From an uncultured Sandaracinaceae bacterium (GTDB lineage Bacteria > Myxococcota_A > Polyangia > Polyangiales > Sandaracinaceae), in assembly GCA_964480175.1 (NCBI GenBank), contig CAYZQM010000002.1, positions 25,855 to 80,106 of the forward strand: 54,252 nt of DNA, written 5' to 3'. The notes below the pieces were generated by a model. It was not told where the DNA came from, did not search any database, and saw nothing but the letters and a program-made list of their open reading frames with translations. Below are positions 34,203-43,191 of the stretch, in pieces; the stretch's first letter is position 1, and every line of letters begins with the position of its first letter. The translations under genes were made by a program, and so were the position numbers.

Positions 34203-35018
34203 ATGGACGACACGGGATCGGGGGCGAGCACGCGCGCACGATGCGCGGTGCACGCCGATCGGGATGCATCGAAGACCTGCGCGCGCTGCGGCAACTTCGG
34301 ATGCGAAGCGTGCTTCTCGGATGCCGCGGGCGCGCGATTCGAGCTCTGCGCCAGCTGCCGTGAGCGCGAGGGCGTCGGCCAGATCCCCTGGGAGCGACCG
34401 GGCGGCGTGCTCCGTCGCTACAGCGCGACGATCGAGGCCGCGATCCGCGAGCCGAGCCTGACGTTCGGCGCGCTGCGCGGCGGCCTGGTCTCGCGCTCGC
34501 TCACCTTCGCCCTCATCTCGTGCACGCTCGGAGTGTCCCCGTTCATGATCGCCGGCGCGCTCCTCGCGCTCGCCTTCGGATCCAGCGGGATGGGCGGGAG
34601 CGAGATCACGAGCGTGCTGATCGGTCCCGTGCTGTATCCCGCCGCGTCGCTGTTCTGCTTCAGCCTGACCGGCGTGATCTTTCACGCGGCCGCGCGGCTG
34701 GCGGGCGGCCGGGCGTCGTTCGGCGACTCGATGCGGGCGGCTTGGTACACCACCGCGTGGGAGCCCATCGCGGCGTTGATCGCGCCGCTGTTCTGCATCC
34801 CTGCGTTGGGCGTGCTCCTGGTGGGCGCAATGTCTGCGGTGAGCGCGTGGTGGCGGGTGGTCGCGCTCCGAGCGTTTGCAGTGGGCGCGCACGGTCTTTC
34901 CCGCAATCGCGCGCTGGTTGTCGCGTCCGTCGCGGGGCTCGTGCTCCTGATGATGTGGGTCACCCCCGTCGTGCTGGTGATCGGCTTCGCGATCTGGCAG
35001 CGCACGCGGACCCACTGA
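34203..35018 (+). CDS. membrane protein with N-terminal Cys/His zinc-ribbon-like motif, function unknown
   Basis: CAVHADRDASKTCARCGNFGCEACF...CASCRE, then about 5 TM helices. The same N-terminal motif pattern occurs in 23347..24363. Confidence 0.6.
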   Translation: MDDTGSGASTRARCAVHADRDASKTCARCGNFGCEACFSDAAGARFELCASCREREGVGQIPWERPGGVLRRYSATIEAAIREPSLTFGALRGGLVSRSLTFALISCTLGVSPFMIAGALLALAFGSSGMGGSEITSVLIGPVLYPAASLFCFSLTGVIFHAAARLAGGRASFGDSMRAAWYTTAWEPIAALIAPLFCIPALGVLLVGAMSAVSAWWRVVALRAFAVGAHGLSRNRALVVASVAGLVLLMMWVTPVVLVIGFAIWQRTRTH

Positions 35019-35025
35019 CCGAAGA

Positions 35026-35673
35026 TCAGAACGTGAGCGTGGTCGTCGTCATCGCGCTGCCGGGACCGGCGGACGCGTCGAAGGTGAGGCGGCGACCTTC
35101 GCCGAGATCGGCCATCACCCACACTTGCTCTTCGACGGTCTCCTTCAGCACGAGGCCGAGGATGAGCATGACGGCCGCGACGTCCTGCACGATGCCCATC
35201 GCGACCGCGAAGCCCTCGTAGCCGTTGAGCGGCTGGGTGAGCATCAACCACGGACCGATGACCGGGATGTACGACATCTCGATGGCGTCGCCGTAGAGCG
35301 GCAGCGCCGTCGACGCGATCGTCCAGGTGAGGAGCCACGAGACCGGGAGCGCGATGAGGCCCGGGATCCACAGCTCGCGGATCGAGCGCTCGCGGGTGCG
35401 CGTCTCCATGTGCGGCGCCCGCGCGTTGAGGGTGACCGTGCTCGACGCGGGGTACGCGGTGCCCGGCGCGACGTAGCCGCCCGACGTGGTCGGCGGCGGG
35501 GTGGTCGCGGGGACGACGACGGTCGCGGAGCCGTCGCCATAGCCCGGCGGCACGTAGACCTCACCGGTCTGTGCGCTCGCGATGCCTGCCATTCCCCAGG
35601 CGGCCGTAGCGACGATCGAAGCGAGGACGAACAAGCGCACGGCCAGTAGGATAGCATCGTTCCCTTCCTGCAT
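35026..35673 (-). CDS. membrane protein, function unknown (paralogue of 8831..9610)
   Basis: ATG 35673 gives MQEGNDAILLAVRLFVLASIVATAAWGMAGIASA (signal peptide), then a Pro/Thr-rich linker, three hydrophobic helices and a tail ending ...TTTTLTF. Confidence 0.55.
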   Translation of the reverse strand: MQEGNDAILLAVRLFVLASIVATAAWGMAGIASAQTGEVYVPPGYGDGSATVVVPATTPPPTTSGGYVAPGTAYPASSTVTLNARAPHMETRTRERSIRELWIPGLIALPVSWLLTWTIASTALPLYGDAIEMSYIPVIGPWLMLTQPLNGYEGFAVAMGIVQDVAAVMLILGLVLKETVEEQVWVMADLGEGRRLTFDASAGPGSAMTTTTLTF

Positions 35674-35693
35674 TGGCTCGCCGAAAGAACTCG

Positions 35694-37985
35694 ATGCGAC
35701 CTTCACGCACCCGCACCCACGCGCTGCTCGCTCTCTTCGCTCTCGTCGGGTGCGATCCTGCGATGGATCCGGACGCGGGCTCCGATGCAGGTCACGACGC
35801 GCCGCTCGACACGGGTCCGCCGCCTCCGTCGCGCGCCGCGCCGCGCCCTCTGACGCAGTGGGTCGATCCATTCGTCGGCACCGGGGGCTTGGGCTTCAAC
35901 GACATCGGCAGCGCGTTCCCAGGTCCGCAGCGTCCGTTCGGGATGGCGCGGCCCGGTCCCGATGGCGGCACCGCGAGCGGCGGCGGCGCGCCGTTCCTCC
36001 ACTGCTCCGGCTACCACGTGAACGACACCCACGTGCGCGCGTTCTCGATGTGGCGCTTGCACGGCATCGGCATCAACGACGGCGGCGCGGGCGCCATGAT
36101 GCCCGTCACCGACTTCACCTCGCCGCGCTGGGATGCGGACGGAATCCGCACCGCGATCACCGAGGACAGCCAGCGCGCCTCGCCGGGCTTCTACGAGGTC
36201 GGCCTCGAGGGCGGCACCCGCGTCGAGATCACCGCGACCGAGCGCGTCGGCCTCTACCGAGTGACCTTCGCGGGCGCGAGCGAGCCGGGCTTCGTGTTCC
36301 CGCTCGGGCACACCCACCCCGGCGTCGATCCGGTCGAGGGGCATCTGCGCGTCGTGCCCGACGCGCGCGAGATCGAGGGCGAGGTGCTCCTCGATGGCGG
36401 CTACTCGGGGCGCTACGGCGGGCAGCGCATCTTCTTCGTCGCGCGATTCGATCGCGACTTCACCCGGTCGGGCACGTTCGCGGCGGGGACCCCCACCGAC
36501 GGCAGCACGAGCGTCGAGGGGACCGACGCGGGCGGCTTCGTCGCGTTCGCCGCGGGCACCACCGAGGTGAGCGTCGCGATCGCGATGAGCTACCTCGACG
36601 TCGCGCGCGCGCGCATGAGCCTCGATGCGGAGGCCGCCGATCTCGACTTCGATCGGGTGCGCGCGGAGACCGAGTCGATCTGGGAAGCGTGGCTCGAGCG
36701 CGTGGAGATCGACGCGCGCACCGATCGCGACTTCCGCCTCTTCTACACCGCGCTCTACCACGCGTCGCTGATGCCCACGCTCGCGACCGAGGCGGACGGC
36801 GCCTACCGCGGCATCGACGGCGAAGAGCACGTCGCGGACGGCTTCACCTACTACACGGATCTGTCGCTCTGGGACACGTACCGCACGCTGCATCCCTGGG
36901 TGCACCTCGCGTATCCCGAGCACGGTTTGGACTTCGTGCGCTCGCTGATGGCGATGGCGACCGACGGCGGCGCGTATCCCCGCTGGCCGATGGGCAGCGG
37001 CGAGACCGGCGGCATGCTCGGTGATCCCGCGGCGATCGTGCTCGCGGACGCGTGGGCCCGCGGGGTGCGGGACTTCGACGTGGACGTCGCGCTCGATCTC
37101 TTCGACAGCACCGCGTTCGGTGATCGTCCGGGGGCGTACTCGCGCGGCGGCATGGAGCCCTACCTGAGCCTGGGGTACGTGACCACCGAGAGCGGCGGCA
37201 GCAGCGCGGCGCGGACGCTCGAGTTCGCGTGGGCCGACGACGCGCTCGCGAACCTCGCGGCGGCGGCGGGGCGTCCGGACGAAGAGGCGACGTTCCGCGA
37301 GCGCGGCCGCAGCTACGAGAACGTCTTCGACCCGGCCCAAGGCTTCTTCGTCGGGCGCAGCGCGTCCGGCGCGTTCGGCGTGCTCGAAGACGAGCACGCC
37401 TGGAACGAGTTCTACGCCGAGGGCAACGCGTGGCAGTACCTCTGGCTCGCGCCGCACGACGCGGCCGGGCTCGCTGCGCTCCTCGGCGGCGAGGCGATGG
37501 CGCTGAGCCGTCTGCGCACGTTCTTCGAGGAGTCCGCGCGCGAGCGGCGCAGCATCGCGGCGCCGAGCTGGTACTGGCAGGCGAACGAGCCCGACATCCA
37601 CGCGCCCTTCCTCTTCGCGCTCTGGGGCGAGCCCGACGAGACCGCGCGCTGGTCGGCGTGGGCGCGGCGCGAGCACTACGACGACGCGCCCACGGGCATC
37701 CCAGGCAACGACGACAGCGGCACCATGAGCGCTTGGTACCTGTTCGCGTCGCTCGGCATCTACCCGATCGCGGGGAGCGCGACCTACGCCATCGCGAGCC
37801 CCGGCGTCACCCGCGCGGTGCTTCACCGCGACGCAGGCGACGTGATCATCGAAGCGCCGGAGAGCAGCCTCGGGGTCGAGCGGGTCACGCGCTTCTCGGT
37901 CGATGGCACGGAGCGAACCGAGCGCGCGACGCTGTCGCACGACGAGCTACAGGACGGCGCGACCCTCAGCTTCGTGCTCGAGTAG
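35694..37985 (+). CDS. glycoside hydrolase family 92 (alpha-mannosidase-like) lipoprotein
   Basis: Lipobox THALLALFALVGC. GH92-typical segments FYTALYHA, NEPDIHAPFLF and GNDDSGTMSAWYLFASLGIYP. Confidence 0.85.
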   Translation: MRPSRTRTHALLALFALVGCDPAMDPDAGSDAGHDAPLDTGPPPPSRAAPRPLTQWVDPFVGTGGLGFNDIGSAFPGPQRPFGMARPGPDGGTASGGGAPFLHCSGYHVNDTHVRAFSMWRLHGIGINDGGAGAMMPVTDFTSPRWDADGIRTAITEDSQRASPGFYEVGLEGGTRVEITATERVGLYRVTFAGASEPGFVFPLGHTHPGVDPVEGHLRVVPDAREIEGEVLLDGGYSGRYGGQRIFFVARFDRDFTRSGTFAAGTPTDGSTSVEGTDAGGFVAFAAGTTEVSVAIAMSYLDVARARMSLDAEAADLDFDRVRAETESIWEAWLERVEIDARTDRDFRLFYTALYHASLMPTLATEADGAYRGIDGEEHVADGFTYYTDLSLWDTYRTLHPWVHLAYPEHGLDFVRSLMAMATDGGAYPRWPMGSGETGGMLGDPAAIVLADAWARGVRDFDVDVALDLFDSTAFGDRPGAYSRGGMEPYLSLGYVTTESGGSSAARTLEFAWADDALANLAAAAGRPDEEATFRERGRSYENVFDPAQGFFVGRSASGAFGVLEDEHAWNEFYAEGNAWQYLWLAPHDAAGLAALLGGEAMALSRLRTFFEESARERRSIAAPSWYWQANEPDIHAPFLFALWGEPDETARWSAWARREHYDDAPTGIPGNDDSGTMSAWYLFASLGIYPIAGSATYAIASPGVTRAVLHRDAGDVIIEAPESSLGVERVTRFSVDGTERTERATLSHDELQDGATLSFVLE

Positions 37986-38391
37986 TCGCGGAGCGACCTC
38001 GATTCGCCGAGTGACGCAGCGCGAGGCCGAGGAGCGACACGCCGAAGAGCGAGAGCCCCCCGACACCTCTCCCGCGCGAGGCGGAACATCCTTCGTGGCT
38101 CTCCGCCTCGGGGATCTCGGGGCTCGACGCGTCGGGGCTCGATGCGTCGGGGCTCGATGGCTCACACACGCAGATGTTCAGCTCGTGGCACGACTGGCTG
38201 CCGGGGCAGTCGTCGTCCGTGGTGCACGCGATCCACTCGCCTCGGCCTCCGTCGGTGCACCGTCCGTTCGGGGGCCCAGCGTCGCTCGTCGCCCGCGCCT
38301 CGCTCACCCCGACGAGCAGCATCGCTGCTCCGGCGAGGCCCGCCCATCCCGATCCCTTCCAACGCACACGCACACCGCTGACCGCCTGCAT
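37966..38391 (-). CDS. small secreted Cys-rich protein with MYXO-CTERM-like sorting tail
   Basis: The ATG at 38391 is preceded by GGAGG (38402..38398) with a 6-nt spacer. Signal peptide WAGLAGAAMLLVGVSEARA. C-terminal GCSASRGRGVGGLSLFGVSLLGLALRHSANRGR (GC motif, TM helix, basic cluster). Its 3' end overlaps the GH92 3' end by 20 nt. Confidence 0.65.
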   Translation of the reverse strand: MQAVSGVRVRWKGSGWAGLAGAAMLLVGVSEARATSDAGPPNGRCTDGGRGEWIACTTDDDCPGSQSCHELNICVCEPSSPDASSPDASSPEIPEAESHEGCSASRGRGVGGLSLFGVSLLGLALRHSANRGRSATTRARS

Positions 38392-38404
38392 CCGGCACCT
38401 CCTG

Positions 38405-38425
38405 GCACAAGCCGCAGGCTTGTGC
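38405..38425 (-). terminator. hairpin between the DUF4230-like gene and the MYXO-CTERM gene
   Basis: GCACAAGCC-gca-GGCTTGTGC, a 9-bp perfect stem lying 24 nt after the 38449 stop and 14 nt before the next ATG. Confidence 0.35.
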
Positions 38426-38448
38426 AGCATGCGTGCCAGTCGCCCGTG

Positions 38449-39090
38449 TCACTCGAAGCGAACGGTGACGTGCTCGTAGCCCAGCGCGGTGATGAGGGAG
38501 GTCAGGGTGTGACGCGCGCTGGTCTCCGCGCGCTCGAGGATGCCGGCCTCGAGCGCGGCCTGGCTCAAGGTCCGCTCCGCTTCGGCCCGGGCCCGCGACT
38601 CGAGGCTGGTGCTCCGCTCGGCCAAGAGATCCGTGTCGCGGGCGTGCACGAACGTGCGCGTCGAGTCGAGGCGCGCGCTGAAGATGCTCGCGCGAGGCAC
38701 CGTGATCGTGACGCTGTTGCTCGCCTCGTCGACCTCGACCGCGTCGTCCCGCACGCCCGCGAGATCCACGCCCGCGATCACGTCGGCCGCGGCGACCAAG
38801 AGGATCGTGTCGGTCGCCTCGGTCATCCCGAAGAGCACCCGCTGGGTGTCGGTCATCTCGATCACCCGCTCCATGTGCATCTCGGTCGCCTCGAGGCGCG
38901 ACAGATCGCGCACCGCGAGGATCACGCTCGGCGTGGGACGCGTCGTGGTGACGAGGCTGGGCTCGGGCTCGCCCTGCGAGAGCCAGACGAGGATCCCCAC
39001 CAGCACCGCCCCGCCGAGCAGACCCAGCGAGACCAGCTGCCACGGAGGAGGGAGGCGCTCGGCCTGCGCGCGTGAAGGGACGTCGGACAC
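38449..39090 (-). CDS. DUF4230-like membrane-anchored protein
   Basis: N-terminal TM segment (LVSLGLLGGAVLVGILVWL). Then LAVRDLSRLEATEMHMERVIEMTD...ILLVAAADVIAGVDLAGV...VTITVPRASIF, a pattern typical of DUF4230 as I recall it. Confidence 0.55.
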   Translation of the reverse strand: MSDVPSRAQAERLPPPWQLVSLGLLGGAVLVGILVWLSQGEPEPSLVTTTRPTPSVILAVRDLSRLEATEMHMERVIEMTDTQRVLFGMTEATDTILLVAAADVIAGVDLAGVRDDAVEVDEASNSVTITVPRASIFSARLDSTRTFVHARDTDLLAERSTSLESRARAEAERTLSQAALEAGILERAETSARHTLTSLITALGYEHVTVRFE

Positions 39091-39123
39091 GTCCCGAGTG
39101 TGGCACGCAGCGCGCGCGATCGT

Positions 39124-39723
39124 TCACTCGCTCGCGTCGGTGTCGAGCGAGTCGCAGTGCATCGCGGTGAACGCGCCGATCGCCGTGCCCTCGTCGAAGG
39201 TGATGTCGATGCTCCCGCTCGCGATCCCCGCGGCCTGATCGAGCACCACGAGCTCCAGACGCGTCGCAGTCGAGGACGCTGGCGCGATCTCCTCGCGGAA
39301 GCTGCCCTCGAAGTCGAAGAACGCGGTGGTGATCCCGGCGTCTTGCTCGCCGACGTCGGTGCCCGCGTAGCCCGAGACCGTGAGGATCTGATCGGGCGTC
39401 GCGCTCGACGCGCTGGGGCATCCGTCGTCGCCGCCGCGCGACAGCTCGAGGTAGACCTCGGTGATGACGCCGTCTGCGCGCTCGTAGCCGAAGAGCGCGC
39501 GCGGGATGGTCTCGGTGTGTCCTCGGTAGGTGAGGGTCACGGCCGTCGCCGGGAGCGACGCGTCGGTGCCGGCGTCGACGGTCGCGACGTCGCGGGCTTC
39601 GTCGGCGTCCGTCGCGCCGCCGTCGCCCGCGCCCACGTCTTGGGGCGGTGCGCTCGCATCGCACGACGTGAGTGAGAGCAAGAGCGAGAGCGTGGCGAGT
39701 CGGGGCATCGTCATCGGCGGCAT
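39124..39723 (-). CDS. lipoprotein, function unknown
   Basis: MPPMTMPRLATLSLLLSLTSC lipobox. High GC3. Confidence 0.6.
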   Translation of the reverse strand: MPPMTMPRLATLSLLLSLTSCDASAPPQDVGAGDGGATDADEARDVATVDAGTDASLPATAVTLTYRGHTETIPRALFGYERADGVITEVYLELSRGGDDGCPSASSATPDQILTVSGYAGTDVGEQDAGITTAFFDFEGSFREEIAPASSTATRLELVVLDQAAGIASGSIDITFDEGTAIGAFTAMHCDSLDTDASE

Positions 39724-39787
39724 CTAGCAGATGCGCGCTCGTGCGTGCCTCTTGCGGTCGGGGTCCCGGGCCTCATGACGGGGAGCC

Positions 39788-40777
39788 GTGATCGATCTGA
39801 GCGTCCTGGACCTGGCCCCCATTCCTCTCGGGAGCGACGCGACCGCGGCGCTGCGAAGCAGCCTCGCGCTGGCCCAGCACGCGGAGCGCTGGGGCTACCG
39901 CCGCTTCTGGCTCGCAGAGCACCACGGGATGCCCGGCATCGCGAGCGCTGCGACGTCCGTCGTGATGGCGCACATCGCGGCGGGCACGTCGAAGATCCGG
40001 GTCGGTGCGGGCGGGATCATGCTGCCGAACCACGCGCCGCTCGTGATCGCGGAGCAGTTCGGGACGCTCGCCGCGCTGCACCCGGGGCGCATCGATCTGG
40101 GCCTCGGGCGCGCACCCGGGACCGATCCCCACACAGCGCGCGCGCTGCGGCGCACGCTCACCTCGGACGTCGACGAGTTCCCCCGCGACGTGCTCGAGCT
40201 GATGCACTACTTCGATCCCGACGAGGGCGCGCGCGTCCGGGCGATCCCCGGCGAGGGCCAGGACGTGCCCGTGTGGATCTTGGGCTCGAGCCTCTTCGGA
40301 GGTCAGCTCGCGGCCGCGCTCGGTCTGCCCTTCGCGTTCGCGTCGCACTTCGCGCCGACCCACCTGGAGGAGGCGATCGCCCTCTACCGGCACCGCTATC
40401 GACCGAGTGAGCCCAACCCCGAGCCGCACCTCATGCTCGCCGTGAACGTGTTCGCCGCCGACACGACGGAGGAGGCGGCGCTGCTCTCGACCTCGATCCA
40501 GCAAGCGTTCGTGCAGCTCCGCACCGGCAAGCCGACGCAGCTACCGCCTCCCATCGAGGGCTACGCCTCCCGCTTGGCGCCGGCCGAAGCGGCGATGCTC
40601 CAGCAGCTCATGACCTGCACGTTCATCGGGACGCCGGATCAGGTGGGCCCCGCGCTGCACGCGTTCGCGCGCAAGCACGGCGCGGACGAGCTGATCGTCA
40701 CGTCGCAGATCTTCGATCACCAAAAGCGCCTGCGCTCGTACGAGCTGACGATGGACGCGTACCGCCGCGCGGGATGA
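39788..40777 (+). CDS. LLM-class (luciferase-like) flavin-dependent oxidoreductase
   Basis: [12 protein letters not shown]-terminus, [29 protein letters not shown] and PVWILGSS are typical of the YhbW/MsnO8-like LLM group. GTG start. Confidence 0.8.
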   Translation: MIDLSVLDLAPIPLGSDATAALRSSLALAQHAERWGYRRFWLAEHHGMPGIASAATSVVMAHIAAGTSKIRVGAGGIMLPNHAPLVIAEQFGTLAALHPGRIDLGLGRAPGTDPHTARALRRTLTSDVDEFPRDVLELMHYFDPDEGARVRAIPGEGQDVPVWILGSSLFGGQLAAALGLPFAFASHFAPTHLEEAIALYRHRYRPSEPNPEPHLMLAVNVFAADTTEEAALLSTSIQQAFVQLRTGKPTQLPPPIEGYASRLAPAEAAMLQQLMTCTFIGTPDQVGPALHAFARKHGADELIVTSQIFDHQKRLRSYELTMDAYRRAG

Positions 40778-40780
40778 GCC

Positions 40781-42583
40781 TCAGCCGAAGAGCGCAGCCT
40801 CGAGGGTGTCGTAGTAGCTGGGATCACCGGGCGACAGATCGCGCGCCGCGATCAGCGGCGCGATCGTCGAGGACGCCTCGCGGAGCAGCACGCCGATCGC
40901 TTCCGCCTCGGCGCCCGTGACCGCCGGGCCCGCGCACAGGGTGTCGCCGGGGATCGCCTCGGACACCGCGAGCACGGTGATCTCCGGGTGACCCGCGAAG
41001 GGCCCGACCACCGCGCCGTCCTCGACGCGGCAGTAGGTGCCGCCGATGTCCGCCGTGCCCGCGGTGAGCGCTTCGATCACCGCCTCGTGCCCTCCGACGA
41101 AGCCCTGCGCCGCGAGCTCCGCGTCCGGCGCGATGCCCGCGCGGGTGAGCAACGTGCGCGGGACCAAGTAGCCCGCGGCGCTCCAGCCATCGACCCACGC
41201 CGCGCGCTTGCCTCGGGCGTCGTCGACGCGCTCGACGCTGCCACGACGACCGAGGAGCGCAGCGTGGTAGCTCGCCGCCTCGCCGTCGGCGCGCAGCGTC
41301 GAGAAGAGCAAGCGCAGGCCCGCGGCACGGCGCGCCCGCACGTAGGCGACGGGCGGCAGCCACGCGAGCTCGACGTCCGACTCGAGCACCGCGTCGACGA
41401 GCTCCGCGTAGCTCTTGAAGCGGAGCACGTGGATCGGTCGCGCGAGCGCCGCGTGCATCGCGCGCGCGACGCCATCGAGGTCGACGTCCTTGGCGGTCCA
41501 CACCAGGCCGAGGCGCATCGGCTGCGCGCCCGCGCGATCGGAGGCGATGGTCCCCTTCATGAACTCGGTGTCGTCGCCCTCGCCCTCGTCGATCGCGTCG
41601 ATCTGCTCGCTCGGATCGACGGGATCGATCGGCTCGATCGCCGAAGGAGGGCGCAGCGTCGGTCGCGCCTCTTCGCGGAGCCCTATCAGGTCCGCCAAGA
41701 ACGCCCGCATGGACGGCGTGCGATGACGCAGATCGATCGTGAGCGCGCGCTCGAGCACCGCGTCCACCGACGCTGGCAGGCCCGGGGCCGCGCGGCTCGG
41801 CGGCGGCAGCTCGCGGCTCGAGGCTTCTCGCGTCAGCGCCTCGGGCGTGGTGCTCAGGTAGGGCAGCCCCCCGGTGAGCGCGCGGTACAGGCAGAGCGCG
41901 AGCGCCCAGATGTCGACGCCCGGATCGGGCGGGCCATCGCGCTGCTCGGGCGCGCGGAAGTACAGCGCGTCGAGCCCCTCGGTGCGGCTCGCGAGCACGG
42001 CGTCCGCGTGCCAGCGCCAGAGGCCGAAGCCCGTCACCTTGGGCGCCGCGCGGTCTTCGGACATGCGCACGAGGCGGATGCAGCGCGGCGACAGGTTGCC
42101 GTGCACCACCCCCTCGTCGTGCGCGAGCGCGAGCGCATCGGCGATGGGCTCGATCAGGCGCAGCGCCTCACCGAGCGGCAGCGCCCCGCGCCGCGTCAAG
42201 TGCGTCTCGAGCGTCTCGCCCTTCAAGAGCTCGAGCACCGCGTAGGGCGCGCCCCGCTCGTCGCTCCCGAGGTCCAGGACCTGCACCAAGTGCGGATGCA
42301 CCAGCCGCGCGGCGGCGCGCGCGGTGGAGAAGAAGCGGGTGACCTCTTCTCTGCTCGGCACCACGTGCAGGCGCTGCAGCGCGACTCTTCGGCCGGTCCA
42401 CGTGCTCTCCGCCTCGTGCACCACGCCGCGCGTCCCGCGACCGAGCTCGCGCACCAGGCGGTAGCTGCCCGCGACGATCGAGGGATCCGCCGCCGCGTCC
42501 CCGCGCGCAGCAGGCGGAGGAATGCTGGGCGAGAGCGCCGCGAAGATCTCGATTTCGTCGGAGTCGCCTGCACCCTCGTGCAT
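40781..42583 (-). CDS. predicted pseudokinase (degenerate Hanks-type kinase domain) fused to a PhnD-like periplasmic-binding-protein domain
   Basis: Kinase fold landmarks are present (LGRGTRGVV, YFRAPEQ, DIWALALCLY) but the catalytic positions read VALQ (not VAxK), HGNLSPRC (not HRDLKPxN) and GFG (not DFG). The C-terminal roughly 245 aa (FKSYAELVDAVLESDVELAWLPPVAYV...YHAALLG...GYLVPR...) resembles the phosphonate/solute-binding PhnD family. Confidence 0.7.
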   Translation of the reverse strand: MHEGAGDSDEIEIFAALSPSIPPPAARGDAAADPSIVAGSYRLVRELGRGTRGVVHEAESTWTGRRVALQRLHVVPSREEVTRFFSTARAAARLVHPHLVQVLDLGSDERGAPYAVLELLKGETLETHLTRRGALPLGEALRLIEPIADALALAHDEGVVHGNLSPRCIRLVRMSEDRAAPKVTGFGLWRWHADAVLASRTEGLDALYFRAPEQRDGPPDPGVDIWALALCLYRALTGGLPYLSTTPEALTREASSRELPPPSRAAPGLPASVDAVLERALTIDLRHRTPSMRAFLADLIGLREEARPTLRPPSAIEPIDPVDPSEQIDAIDEGEGDDTEFMKGTIASDRAGAQPMRLGLVWTAKDVDLDGVARAMHAALARPIHVLRFKSYAELVDAVLESDVELAWLPPVAYVRARRAAGLRLLFSTLRADGEAASYHAALLGRRGSVERVDDARGKRAAWVDGWSAAGYLVPRTLLTRAGIAPDAELAAQGFVGGHEAVIEALTAGTADIGGTYCRVEDGAVVGPFAGHPEITVLAVSEAIPGDTLCAGPAVTGAEAEAIGVLLREASSTIAPLIAARDLSPGDPSYYDTLEAALFG

Positions 42584-42637
42584 GCCCGTGAGTGTGCCCG
42601 ATGTCGTCGGCTCCGGTCACCTGCTAGGGTGGCGCGC

Positions 42638-43111
42638 ATGAGCGATGGACAGAGCAACACGCTGAAGTACGTGGGGATCGGTTGCTTGATCGTGGGGCTG
42701 CTCGGGGCGTGCGGCGTGGGCGGTTGCATCACGTGCGTGGGCGCCGGCGCGGGCGGCATCATGGTCGCGGTCGCCGCGCCCGCCGAGGCCGCGCACGGCT
42801 TCATGCGGGAGGTCCGGACCGGCAACCCCGCGGCGGCGTACGCGCGGATGAACGCGGGCTACCGCGCGGCCCACACCCAAGCCGACTTCGAGGCGCGCCT
42901 CGCGGCCGTCCCCGCGCTGACCGCGGCGACGGACGCGACGATCTCGCAGCGCAACGTGAACGGCAGCACCGCCGTGATGAGCGGGACGCTCGATGGCACG
43001 GTGTGCGCGGCGGGCGGCACGGGCTGCGCGGTCCCCGTCAGCTTCGATCTGCACCAGGAGGGCGAGGCCTGGTTCATCGACACGATCACGGTCGACGGTC
43101 AGGTCTTCTGA
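42638..43111 (+). CDS. small membrane-anchored protein, function unknown
   Basis: ATG 42638 gives MSDGQSNTLKYVGIGCLIVGLLGACGVGGCITCVGAGAGG (Gly/Cys-rich TM segment), followed by a soluble domain. I rejected the upstream part of track ORF 40988..43111 as antisense to the kinase-like gene. Confidence 0.55.
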   Translation: MSDGQSNTLKYVGIGCLIVGLLGACGVGGCITCVGAGAGGIMVAVAAPAEAAHGFMREVRTGNPAAAYARMNAGYRAAHTQADFEARLAAVPALTAATDATISQRNVNGSTAVMSGTLDGTVCAAGGTGCAVPVSFDLHQEGEAWFIDTITVDGQVF

Positions 43112-43191
43112 GCGAGGCGGCGCGCCGCCGCTAGGCAGGCTCTCGTGCGCCGGCCTTCTCATCTCCGGAGTGACGTGCGAACGTCCCCCGC

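Noticed and set aside
30762-35015. 1417-aa ORF on the minus strand, the longest in the track
   Set aside because: It lies antisense to three well-supported plus-strand genes and partly out of frame with the minus-strand kinase. Its composition is dominated by Arg/Ala/Gly/Pro/His with no motifs. It is a typical high-GC shadow ORF.
38119-38160. 15-nt tandem repeat GGGGCTCGAYGCGTC, about 2.8 copies
   Set aside because: Considered as a possible repeat array. It lies in frame within the MYXO-CTERM protein gene and simply encodes the SSPDA peptide repeat. There are no spacers, so it is not a CRISPR array.
40988-42637. Upstream 550 aa of track ORF 40988..43111
   Set aside because: Antisense to the pseudokinase gene. 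A real signal-anchor protein begins at the ATG at 42638.
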